From contig JBLINQ010000004.1 of assembly GCA_047639315.1 (NCBI GenBank), positions 9,303 through 73,302 on the forward strand: DNA of 64,000 bases, in the 5' to 3' direction. Within the stretch, counting starts at the first letter, position 1. Each line of letters starts with the position of its first letter. A program made the translations under genes and the position numbers. This document shows positions 56,221 through 64,000 of the stretch, piece after piece. This DNA is from Planctomycetota bacterium (GTDB lineage: Bacteria; Planctomycetota; GCA-002687715; DRQF01). The notes under the pieces were generated by a model. The model made no database searches, was not told where the DNA came from, and saw only the letters and a program-made list of their open reading frames with translations.

Positions 56221-58671
56221 TTAGCGCCGTTTTTGCTCAGCCGCGAGAGCATGCAAACCCCATAGTTGAATGCCGCCATGAATCTTGGACTCAGAATTCG
56301 GGTAGTTCATGATCCGGAATGCCACAGGCGCTCCGGGCTTCTCTTGGAAATAGAGCAGGGCGTCTCGGAACAACTCATGGGCAAGTTGGACGTCTTGGGG
56401 TCGTTCATGAATGCGAGCGAGAAGCGAGAAGCTGGCAGCCATCGGCCACAGCAATTGAACACTTGGTCTATCTCGTTGCTCGCCGATCATGTTGCGCGCC
56501 GCCCGCCATGGCCCCCCTGGAGCTTTCTTGAGCACAGAGTTCCGAAAGCGATTGGCGATGCGATCGAGGAGTGGGTCAAACTCCTTGTCACCGGTTCTCA
56601 AACGATAGAGGGCGATGCCGTTGAAGAGGATGTTGTGCATCCATGGTTTCCACGAGATCGGCTTCATGCGAATGTTCTTGACGAAGCCTTGCGCCCCATC
56701 GCGCTTGGTCTCGATGGCCTGCCAACAAGCGGCAATGTCATGGGCCATGCGAATGTCATCTTTGTGTCCCATGACTTCGTGCAGAGCCAGCAGGTTTTCG
56801 ATGTTCCATCCAGGAATGCGTGTGCCCCAATCACCATTCCATTTCTCAGGTGTGGCGCGCCGGATGAAATCACGATTTAAACGTGCGGCCTCAAGAGACC
56901 ACAAGTCGCCGGTGAGTAAGTAATGCAGAAGAGGACCTTTGACCCAAGTGTGAGACGCGTGCGGGTGGTAGTAGTTCCCATGCCACCATCCTTTTTCATA
57001 GAACTGGCCACCACGACGATTTGATGTAGAAGTTTCATCGTGATCCTGGTCGATGTCGCGGCGATGTCTCGACATTTGTTGTCCGAGCGCGAGGAAACGC
57101 GGGTCGCCACTGCGGAGGAAATTGAACAAGACTGAGAAGGGGAGATCATAGTGAAGGGAACAGTAGCCATCGCCCCAAGCGAGGTCGCCGTGATTGAACC
57201 ATCCTCGAAACACGCTTCGCCCGTAAGTGCCACCGCGTTCGATGAATCGGGGCAACCCTATGACGCCGAGTGCCGGTTGATTGTCGGCGGCCTGGTCGTC
57301 GATGAAGAGAGTCGCAAATCGTTCGAATTGCCTGCCAGCTGAAGACTTTGAATTGGGACGTGGTGGTACGACGTAGCCCAAGATCTCTTGCCCTTGAAGA
57401 AAACGAGGAGCGACGGTTACGTGCACGGGGATTCGCGCCAGATTCTTGATGCGACGTGCAGATATCGCTGGGCGCCCCCCGTTCAGATTCATGAATATTC
57501 GATGGCTCTTCGCGCGGCTGCCTTCAAATCGGTAATTCTCTTTGGTCAGCGGATCGACTTCTCCGCCCTTGTTGGGCATGCCGTAGCGGCCATTGAACTT
57601 GGGTCCGCTGCCGCCCGCTGGGAAGAGATCGCAAATGACAACCTCATCGTGAATGCTCCAAGCCTTCGGGGCATTCTCCCAGAAGTCGACAAAGCCATAG
57701 GCAAAGGAATGTGATCCGCTGCCAAGAGCAAAGCAACCGCTGTGGCGTTCACCGCTCTGTTTCGTTTTCGATTGACTCCAAACTTGAAAAGGAAATTTCT
57801 CGGATGGCAGTGAATCCTTGTAGGGAGTCACGTGATGCTGCAGGAGCGCCCATTCAGACCCGCTAAACTGTTTACCATCAGCTGAGACAGTCTTGGCGCC
57901 TTTCAGCTTCGGAAAACTTAGGCTCAGGCGATCAAACCATGCGTGTTCGCTTCTCGTTGCCATGTGGCCATAAGGACCACGGTTGACTAGACGACAATCG
58001 AAGACGATGTCATCGGCACCAGAAGTGATGTGGATGCGAAGTTCAAAATACAATTCCTCAATCTTCGTCGAAGCCAAGAGGGTTATGGCCGCCGAAGATT
58101 GTTTCTCAATCTTGAGTGCCCAGGGGCCGGGCATGACGTCTTTCTTCTTGATGTCGGAAAAGAAAATTCTGAGGGCAGGACCGGCTAATTGCTCGACTCC
58201 CTTCTTCGCGAATGTCCGCATCAAAGAAGGGGACGCTGGATCGAGAACAAGCTCCTTGTCTTGCCATGCGATGGTGATGACGTTTTTGGTCTGGATCAAA
58301 CTCAAAGCACCACGCGCCCGCTTACCAACGACAAGACGGAGCGGGAAACGAGTCTTGGATGAAGCACTGAAGCTCAACTCGACCCAAGAGATGGCAGCGT
58401 CCTTATCGCGTAAGAGCGCCGATCTTCGTGCCAATGGTGTGAGGCGGGCGACGACGGGTTGTCCTTTGGCATCCACGAGGACCAGCTTGCCAACGTCCTT
58501 GACGATGGCAGAAGGATAGAGCGGAACACCAGCCCGAATGCTCTCCGGCGCGGCCTCAAGTTTCCGCGAAGCTGTGAGAACAATGTCGCCGCAGACTTGC
58601 TTCTTTTCTTGACCCCAAGACGCTGTGGGCAAGAAACAACAAAACAAGATCATGAAGGTGATTCTACGCAT
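56221..58671 (-). CDS. Exported PcRGLX/YetA-like (exo-rhamnogalacturonan lyase-like) protein
   Basis: Signal peptide; N-terminal IRAGVPL beta region; FWENAPK, GWFNHGD, HYD, HRRDID and HTW..G...YLLTGD alpha-barrel motifs. Confidence 0.7.
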   Translation of the reverse strand: MRRITFMILFCCFLPTASWGQEKKQVCGDIVLTASRKLEAAPESIRAGVPLYPSAIVKDVGKLVLVDAKGQPVVARLTPLARRSALLRDKDAAISWVELSFSASSKTRFPLRLVVGKRARGALSLIQTKNVITIAWQDKELVLDPASPSLMRTFAKKGVEQLAGPALRIFFSDIKKKDVMPGPWALKIEKQSSAAITLLASTKIEELYFELRIHITSGADDIVFDCRLVNRGPYGHMATRSEHAWFDRLSLSFPKLKGAKTVSADGKQFSGSEWALLQHHVTPYKDSLPSEKFPFQVWSQSKTKQSGERHSGCFALGSGSHSFAYGFVDFWENAPKAWSIHDEVVICDLFPAGGSGPKFNGRYGMPNKGGEVDPLTKENYRFEGSRAKSHRIFMNLNGGRPAISARRIKNLARIPVHVTVAPRFLQGQEILGYVVPPRPNSKSSAGRQFERFATLFIDDQAADNQPALGVIGLPRFIERGGTYGRSVFRGWFNHGDLAWGDGYCSLHYDLPFSVLFNFLRSGDPRFLALGQQMSRHRRDIDQDHDETSTSNRRGGQFYEKGWWHGNYYHPHASHTWVKGPLLHYLLTGDLWSLEAARLNRDFIRRATPEKWNGDWGTRIPGWNIENLLALHEVMGHKDDIRMAHDIAACWQAIETKRDGAQGFVKNIRMKPISWKPWMHNILFNGIALYRLRTGDKEFDPLLDRIANRFRNSVLKKAPGGPWRAARNMIGEQRDRPSVQLLWPMAASFSLLARIHERPQDVQLAHELFRDALLYFQEKPGAPVAFRIMNYPNSESKIHGGIQLWGLHALAAEQKRR

Positions 58672-58938
58672 TCAGTCCTCGTAGGATTGAGTTCGATTAT
58701 TCTCGGACTTCTTCGCTTGGAGATAGCGGCGCATTGGAAAAATCACGCCGATGGACAGCAGCAATGCCAATGTGATGCAGACACCGATGGCGACGTTTCT
58801 CGTGGCTTCAAAGTCGATTTCGACAAACAGCAACAACCCAAGGGAGATTCCCAGCAAGGTCAGCAAAATCCCCAACAAGATTTTTTCGGGTGCCATTTTG
58901 ATTTCGTCCACTAAATTGAATCCAAGAACACTGGCCAT
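58672..58938 (-). CDS. Small two-TM membrane protein (start may be 58896)
   Basis: Two hydrophobic helices; stop abuts next start codon. Confidence 0.6.
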   Translation of the reverse strand: MASVLGFNLVDEIKMAPEKILLGILLTLLGISLGLLLFVEIDFEATRNVAIGVCITLALLLSIGVIFPMRRYLQAKKSENNRTQSYED

Positions 58939-59028
58939 GGATAAGGGCCCCTTGTCACGTTACATGATGGCAACAAGAGGGCACCATGGCCCAACCGCAA
59001 TTAGTACCTATACGTAAGGTAGTCCACG

Positions 59029-59520
59029 ATGCCTGAATTCGACGATGATATCCAATTTCCCGGAATCGTGGATCACGACGCTTTCATGAGAATTGCCCTC
59101 AAGGAAGCCTCGTATGCGCTTGAGGAAGGTGAAGTTCCTGTCGGCGCAGTCATTGTCAAGGACGGCCGGATCATCGGGCGTGGTCACAATCAACGCGAGA
59201 CCTTGAAAGACCCTACCGCTCACGCCGAGATGATTGCCATCACCCAGGCAGCTGCGGAACTCGAGAATTGGCGCCTGACCGGAGCCACCATGTATGTCAC
59301 ATTAGAGCCTTGTCCTATGTGTTCAGGAGCTCTGGTGAATGCTCGGATCAAGCGAATCGTGTTTGGCGCCTCGGATCCTCGTGCTGGAGGTTGTGGGTCG
59401 ATGGTCAATCTGGTCCAAGACGAGCGCCTGAATCATCAAATTGAGTTGGTGCACTCTGTCTTGACTGAAGAATGCAGCGGGATTCTGCAAGATTTCTTTC
59501 GGTCAAGGCGCGAGAAATGA
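59029..59520 (+). CDS. tadA: tRNA-specific adenosine deaminase
   Basis: GEVPVGAV, DPTAHAE, WRL, TLEPCPMC and FFRSRR motifs. Confidence 0.95.
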   Translation: MPEFDDDIQFPGIVDHDAFMRIALKEASYALEEGEVPVGAVIVKDGRIIGRGHNQRETLKDPTAHAEMIAITQAAAELENWRLTGATMYVTLEPCPMCSGALVNARIKRIVFGASDPRAGGCGSMVNLVQDERLNHQIELVHSVLTEECSGILQDFFRSRREK

Positions 59521-59841
59521 CCGCCTGCGACGTGGCAGCAGCGCCTTGCCATCGAAGCTGAGGAAAGAAAGCCGAGAGTGGCTTCGCTATTGGCCACTGA
59601 TTGGGATACATCGTCGTGCCCCTTACCTGGGCAACGACCATTGAGCAATCCGGAGCACCCCCCAATGGAGACTCCGGGAAATACCAGAAGAACCCGAATT
59701 TCGAAGAGAAGGCTCTTCGTCTCAGACCTGGACGGGTTCACGGGCTAAATCCTGAAAATCTCTCAGAATCGGTCAGAAGCACCTGAGGCGAGGCTTATTG
59801 CCGATTTCTTAGTCTGGGAAAAAGTCGCTTTCGGGTGGCAG

Positions 59842-59870
59842 TTGAAGCCTGCCCAGCACGCGCATAGAAT
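59842..59870 (+). promoter_or_regulatory. Putative sigma70 promoter of the tRNA-Ser pair
   Basis: TTGAAG-N17-TAGAAT followed by GC-rich discriminator. Confidence 0.6.
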
Positions 59871-59904
59871 CCGCCTCATGTTCGAGGCTTGACCTCTCGA
59901 ACTG

Positions 59905-59991
59905 GGAGGGATGCCGGAGTGGTCGAACGGGCCGGTTTCGAAAACCGGTGTGCTCGCAAGGGTACCCAGGGTTCGAATCCCTGTCCCTCCG
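59905..59991 (+). tRNA. tRNA-Ser (CGA), CCA not encoded
   Basis: GGAGGGA/TCCCTCC acceptor, CCGGT-TTCGAAA-ACCGG anticodon arm, long variable arm, GTTCGAATCC, G discriminator. Confidence 0.96.
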
Positions 59992-59994
59992 CTT

Positions 59995-60084
59995 GGAGAG
60001 ATGTCGGAGTGGTCGAACGAGCACGCTTGGAAAGCGTGTGTGCTCGAAAGGGTACCCAGGGTTCGAATCCCTGTCTCTCCGCCA
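59995..60084 (+). tRNA. tRNA-Ser (GGA), CCA encoded
   Basis: GGAGAGA/TCTCTCC acceptor, CACGC-TTGGAAA-GCGTG anticodon arm, long variable arm, ends GCCA. Confidence 0.96.
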
Positions 60085-60089
60085 TATTC

Positions 60090-60121
60090 AGCCCCGATCT
60101 CAATGAGATCGGGGCTTTTTT
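60090..60121 (+). terminator. Intrinsic terminator after tRNA-Ser pair
   Basis: AGCCCCGATCTC-aat-GAGATCGGGGCT followed by T run. Confidence 0.9.
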
Positions 60122-60192
60122 ATGCCCAGCGCTCCTTTCCCCGCCCAAATCAGACTTCTTACCGCTTCCTTTAGTGCTTTGGGACTCCCGAG

Positions 60193-60220
60193 TTGCAGCT
60201 TGGCCTGCATCCTGTAGAAT
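60193..60220 (+). promoter_or_regulatory. Putative sigma70 promoter of the AGCS symporter
   Basis: TTGCAG-N16-TAGAAT. Confidence 0.45.
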
Positions 60221-60298
60221 CCGCCCCAGATATGCCCAGGATCGTGCTTTTTAGGTCCTGCCGTGCCTTCGGAGTGGTTTCTCAGCGAGGTTTTTCTC

Positions 60299-61951
60299 AT
60301 GGCCCGATCTTGGACTTTTGTAGCTGTTCTTCTTCTCATTCTCGGATCGATGGCGCCCCCAGCTGCCGCCGCGGATCCAAGTTTTGCGTCAACGGCTGCC
60401 TGGGCGATCTCTGCCGCACCTTCGGCTTCGGCCGAAGCCGAAGGAGATTCCCAGCAGAACGAAGATCAGATGACGTCCGACAAGACAGACGAAGAACTGA
60501 GCATGTTCCGCCAGTTTGAACTCAAAGTCGATCACGTCGCCGGCACCCTGAACGAGCACCTCGGCGGTGTCATGTTTTGGGACGGAATTGGTGGGATGCC
60601 TTTTGTCCTTCTTTGGCTGCTCTTGGGCAGTATCTTCTTCACCATCTACTTCGGTTTCATCAACTTTCGGGCCTTTAAGCACGCCATTCAAGTGGTGAAG
60701 GGCAAGTATGACGATCCAAATGAGGCTGGCGAAGTCACTCACTTCCAAGCCTTGGCATCTGCTCTTTCCGCGACCGTCGGTCTTGGCAACATTGGCGGCG
60801 TTGCCGTCGCGGTTTCCATCGGTGGTCCAGGGGCAACCTTTTGGATGATCCTGGCCGGCTTCTTGGGCATGAGTTCCAAGTTCGTCGAATGCACCCTCGC
60901 CATCGTTTATCGCACGGTCGATGAAAACGGCAAGGTCTCTGGTGGTCCAATGCACTACCTGAAGATCGGCCTGGAAAAGAAGGGCATGGGCGGACTGGGT
61001 AAGGTCTTGGCCGTTCTGTTTGCCATCCTTTGTGTCGGTGGTTCCTTGGGTGGCGGCAACACTTATCAGATTAAGCAATCTTTGGGTGCTATCAGTGCCA
61101 CGGTTCCATTCTTGAAGGACAATGGCTGGGTTTACGGCATCATCATGGCGATCCTGGTTGGCATCGTCATCATCGGTGGTATTAAGCGTATTGCTCAAAC
61201 GGCGGAGAAAGTCGTCCCGGCGATGTGTGGGCTCTACATGCTAGCCGCTATTGCCATCTTGGTGATGAGGTTTGATCAAATTCCATCTGCCTTTGGCAGC
61301 ATCTTCTCTGGCGCCTTTAGCCCAATCGCTGTTGCCGGTGGCTTCATGGGTGTATTGATTCAAGGTTTCAAGCGAGCGGCGTTCTCTAATGAAGCGGGTG
61401 TCGGATCTGCAGCTATTGCTCACTCCGCAGCCAAGACGGACGAACCAGTTCGCGAGGGTATTGTCGCTTCCTTAGGCCCATTCATTGACACCGTTGTCGT
61501 GTGTACAGTGACCGCCTTGGTCATCGTGATCACGGGAGCATACAACAGCACTGATCCAGATATGGTTGCCGCTCGCGCCGCAGGTGAAGGGGCCGCCCTG
61601 ACCTCTTTGGCCTTTGGCAGCGTGATCTGGTGGTTCCCGTATGTGCTCAGTTTCGCCGTCGCGATGTTTGCTTTCTCGACCGTGATTTCTTGGTCTTACT
61701 ACGGCGAAAGGTGTTGGACATGGATGTTCGGCGAAGCCTCTTCGATGAGCTACAAGATTTTGTTCTTGGTGTTCGTCTTCTTGGGGTCCATCGTCTCGGC
61801 TGAGAATGTGCTCGAGTTCAGTGACTTGATGATCTTGGGAATGGCATTCCCCAACGTTGCTGGCGTGATCATCCTGGCACCAAAGGTCAAGGTGATGATG
61901 GTCGATTACATGAAGAAGCTGAAAGCCGGAGAATTCAAAACCTTCAAGTAG
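60299..61951 (+). CDS. Alanine/glycine:cation symporter (AGCS family) with N-terminal extension
   Basis: GEVTHFQAL, TVGLGNIGGVA, GGPGATFWM, GGPMHY, FSNEAGVGSA and WSYYGE motifs. Confidence 0.95.
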   Translation: MARSWTFVAVLLLILGSMAPPAAAADPSFASTAAWAISAAPSASAEAEGDSQQNEDQMTSDKTDEELSMFRQFELKVDHVAGTLNEHLGGVMFWDGIGGMPFVLLWLLLGSIFFTIYFGFINFRAFKHAIQVVKGKYDDPNEAGEVTHFQALASALSATVGLGNIGGVAVAVSIGGPGATFWMILAGFLGMSSKFVECTLAIVYRTVDENGKVSGGPMHYLKIGLEKKGMGGLGKVLAVLFAILCVGGSLGGGNTYQIKQSLGAISATVPFLKDNGWVYGIIMAILVGIVIIGGIKRIAQTAEKVVPAMCGLYMLAAIAILVMRFDQIPSAFGSIFSGAFSPIAVAGGFMGVLIQGFKRAAFSNEAGVGSAAIAHSAAKTDEPVREGIVASLGPFIDTVVVCTVTALVIVITGAYNSTDPDMVAARAAGEGAALTSLAFGSVIWWFPYVLSFAVAMFAFSTVISWSYYGERCWTWMFGEASSMSYKILFLVFVFLGSIVSAENVLEFSDLMILGMAFPNVAGVIILAPKVKVMMVDYMKKLKAGEFKTFK

Positions 61952-61963
61952 AGGGGGCTTCCC

Positions 61964-63517
61964 TTACTCGACCTTGAGTTTGAATCCTTCGACGTTGGTG
62001 CATTTGCCAGTGGTGAGGTCAAAGCAGAAACGATGGGCCATGCAAGTGATGGTGCCATCGTCATTGACCTTGCCCTGGCGCACCAAGTCCACACCTGCAT
62101 GAGGGCAGAAGCGCTGGATCCGGTGGGTCTTGCCATCATGCACGATGTCGGCCATGACAGTTTCGCCGTCATTTTGAAGCCCTTCTTCATAGGCTTCCAG
62201 AGCTTCCATCATGTCGGCATCAAGATACTTGAGCAGTGTCTTGAAGTGCGAAATGAAGCGCTCTGTTCTTTCATCAAAACTCATGCGGATAGATAAGAAG
62301 ACGTCGTCCCAGGTGGCTTCGCCATCCAAGACTGCCGTCACCGCTCGGGCCGGCGCTGTGAGAATGTAGAGTGGATCATCACTCAGCCCCAAGGACGCTT
62401 GTCGTTGATCGAAGTCGACTGTGAACGTGGACTCGTCTGTTTCGCTCTTGATGACGAAGCACAGCTTGCCACCAATCTTGGCAGACACATAAGCGCTGAT
62501 GTTGGCCATCGACTTAAAGTGCGCCAAGAGCCGCTCTTGTTCTGGTAATTTGCCAAGATCGAAATCAAGCTCTGCAGTCCGACGCTGGCGGTACTCTTCG
62601 ATGTATTCAGATTTCTTGGTGAACGGTAGAAGGCGAGGGTCATCTTTCGCCGTCGTGCGCCAAAGGAAGCGGTCGCTGAATTCTTCGCCGGGGAGAAGAA
62701 AGTAGCTTCGCTCTGAGATGTCAGGGCGAGACTTATCGAAGTGGCACAAAATATCTATTTGGTCCGGAAAGACCGAGGCTTGGCTCAGGTCGTTATGCGG
62801 AGCCAACACCGGATCGAGGAAGACCGGTGGGCCGGCGAAGAAGAGAATGCGCTCTGGCTGCAAGATGTCAGCGACATGTTCGCAGTGCTCAAACTTCAGT
62901 TGCCTCTTCTCGAGTTTTCGTTTCTCCATGTCTGCTGGGTCATAGAGATAGTTGATTGGGTATTCGCTGGCACCAGATGCTTGGAGGCCGACGAAGTTGA
63001 CTTTGCTTGCGCGGGCTGCGATCTTTTCGAGTTGGGGCGTGTTGAGCCTCGAGTCATTCATGTTGACGAAGAATTCGTCGCCATCTTTGAAAACGATCGT
63101 CGAGTCAATTTGGCCCGGTGATTCTTCAGGAACAAAGAAAGCTAAGACGCCGCAGGAAAGCTCAAAGTTTTCGAAGGCTGCGTGAACAACCAAGCGATCA
63201 GTGGCCTCTGGGATTTGTTTGATGATGCCGTTCTTGAACCAGTCGGTGGCAAATTTGGCGATGTGAATCTTCAGGTTCGGATTCTTGGCCAGGGCTGCAC
63301 GTAGGACTGGTGGGTCGAAGTGATCGGCGTGGTTGTGTGAGATCAAGATGTCGCCGATGCCAGTGGTGGCGGAATCAAGCAACTGGCTGTTTTCAGGGAA
63401 CTGAAACCACGAACGAAAGAACGCTCCCGTCTTGGAGAACCACGGATCAACAAGGGTCGCCGGTTTTTTGTCAGCATCAATGCGAAGAGCTGCGTGCCCC
63501 AAGAACGTGATCTTCAT
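61964..63517 (-). CDS. Metallo-beta-lactamase-fold protein with C-terminal Rieske [2Fe-2S] domain (Rv3818/CMAH-like)
   Basis: ITFLGHA, VDPW...FFRSWFQFPEN, SHNHADHFD, FAGPPVFLD; Rieske CPH...CMAH. Confidence 0.88.
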   Translation of the reverse strand: MKITFLGHAALRIDADKKPATLVDPWFSKTGAFFRSWFQFPENSQLLDSATTGIGDILISHNHADHFDPPVLRAALAKNPNLKIHIAKFATDWFKNGIIKQIPEATDRLVVHAAFENFELSCGVLAFFVPEESPGQIDSTIVFKDGDEFFVNMNDSRLNTPQLEKIAARASKVNFVGLQASGASEYPINYLYDPADMEKRKLEKRQLKFEHCEHVADILQPERILFFAGPPVFLDPVLAPHNDLSQASVFPDQIDILCHFDKSRPDISERSYFLLPGEEFSDRFLWRTTAKDDPRLLPFTKKSEYIEEYRQRRTAELDFDLGKLPEQERLLAHFKSMANISAYVSAKIGGKLCFVIKSETDESTFTVDFDQRQASLGLSDDPLYILTAPARAVTAVLDGEATWDDVFLSIRMSFDERTERFISHFKTLLKYLDADMMEALEAYEEGLQNDGETVMADIVHDGKTHRIQRFCPHAGVDLVRQGKVNDDGTITCMAHRFCFDLTTGKCTNVEGFKLKVE

Positions 63518-63520
63518 GGC

Positions 63521-64000
63521 CTATTCTCCGGTGTGCGTCATTGTTTGCTTGATATACAGAGTATGTTCCTTGGCGGCGCCCACCTTGCGTTCCTTTTGCA
63601 AATCAATGAGATCGCGGAAGCGCCCCACACCGCTCAGAAGATGGATGCTTGCTTCTGGATAGGTGTAGTCGGCACGAATCACCAGTTCGACATACCCTTC
63701 CCAAGGTATGCGCTCGAATTGCATGCGACGGTAGGAAAGTATTTTGAACGCGCCGACACCATTTAGATAGTTCACTGGCCCCATAAATTTGAGGCCACCG
63801 CTTGGCTGCATCACCTCTGCCGTGCTGGTCAATTTAAGTCTTTCAACTGTCACCGCCGCCGGCATACCTAAGGACGAACCTGGTTGTTTGCTGCACCAAT
63901 CTCGGGCCCGTAGTTCAGGTTTGAAGGGCCCAGCGAGATAAATGCCAGTCTTGCGATAGAGGACATCGCGGGCATCCGTGACGGTCGCCTCATTTGTGAA
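63521..64000 (-). CDS. Hypothetical protein, C-terminal part (5' truncated by window edge)
   Basis: Frame is open for 160 codons to the window end; stop is 3 bp before the next start. Confidence 0.65.
   Translation of the reverse strand, partial: FTNEATVTDARDVLYRKTGIYLAGPFKPELRARDWCSKQPGSSLGMPAAVTVERLKLTSTAEVMQPSGGLKFMGPVNYLNGVGAFKILSYRRMQFERIPWEGYVELVIRADYTYPEASIHLLSGVGRFRDLIDLQKERKVGAAKEHTLYIKQTMTHTGE

Noticed and set aside
59555-59700. RNase P RNA or cobalamin riboswitch (GAGGAAAG, GCCACTG, GGGAA, CCAGAAGAACC fragments)
   Set aside because: Fragments lack the required order, spacing and partner motifs (no GAAAGTCC, no 5' half of a B12 element)
59710-59745. SRP RNA (ffs) on the minus strand
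   Set aside because: CAGG-TCT-GAGA-CGA-AGAGC has a stem mismatch, lacks AGCAGC and has no long closing helix; kept only within a low-confidence finding
59809-60254. Short ORFs overlapping the tRNA-Ser genes (likewise 6527-6918 over tRNA-Phe and 38812-39117 over tRNA-Met)
   Set aside because: Shadow ORFs of tRNA genes
60220-60298. Glycine riboswitch upstream of the AGCS symporter
   Set aside because: The leader is short and lacks the GGAGA...CCGAAG...CTCTCAGG core

Overview
Bacterial chromosomal window of moderate-to-high GC with no mobile elements, rRNA or CRISPR array visible. The gene content (many exported hypothetical proteins, ECF/anti-sigma pair, stand-alone SpoIIE phosphatase, VIT-vWA protein) suggests a Planctomycetota/PVC-like organism; this is inference only. 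Housekeeping genes: rpsT, def, ribF, aroF, lgt, mutY, tadA, a Lon-like protease, a UbiD decarboxylase, an AGCS symporter and four tRNAs (Phe-GAA, Met-CAT, Ser-CGA, Ser-GGA). The most striking feature is a ~13 kb operon (16268-29219) of eight signal-peptide-bearing amidohydrolase paralogues (nine domains). Only one (24862-26097) keeps the full metal-binding catalytic set. Several of the other eight domains carry different insertions at an equivalent site, which suggests an exported enzyme/pseudoenzyme complex. The operon runs directly into a wbpD/wbpE-like amino-sugar gene pair. Other notable signals: a tandem palindromic operator over the promoter of a pentapeptide-repeat gene, a candidate structured sRNA beside tRNA-Met, shared ECF-type promoter motifs, a strong Gln+1 bias after signal peptides, further degenerate enzymes, and an MBL-Rieske (Rv3818/CMAH-like) protein. 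All calls come from motif reading by eye; no searches were run.
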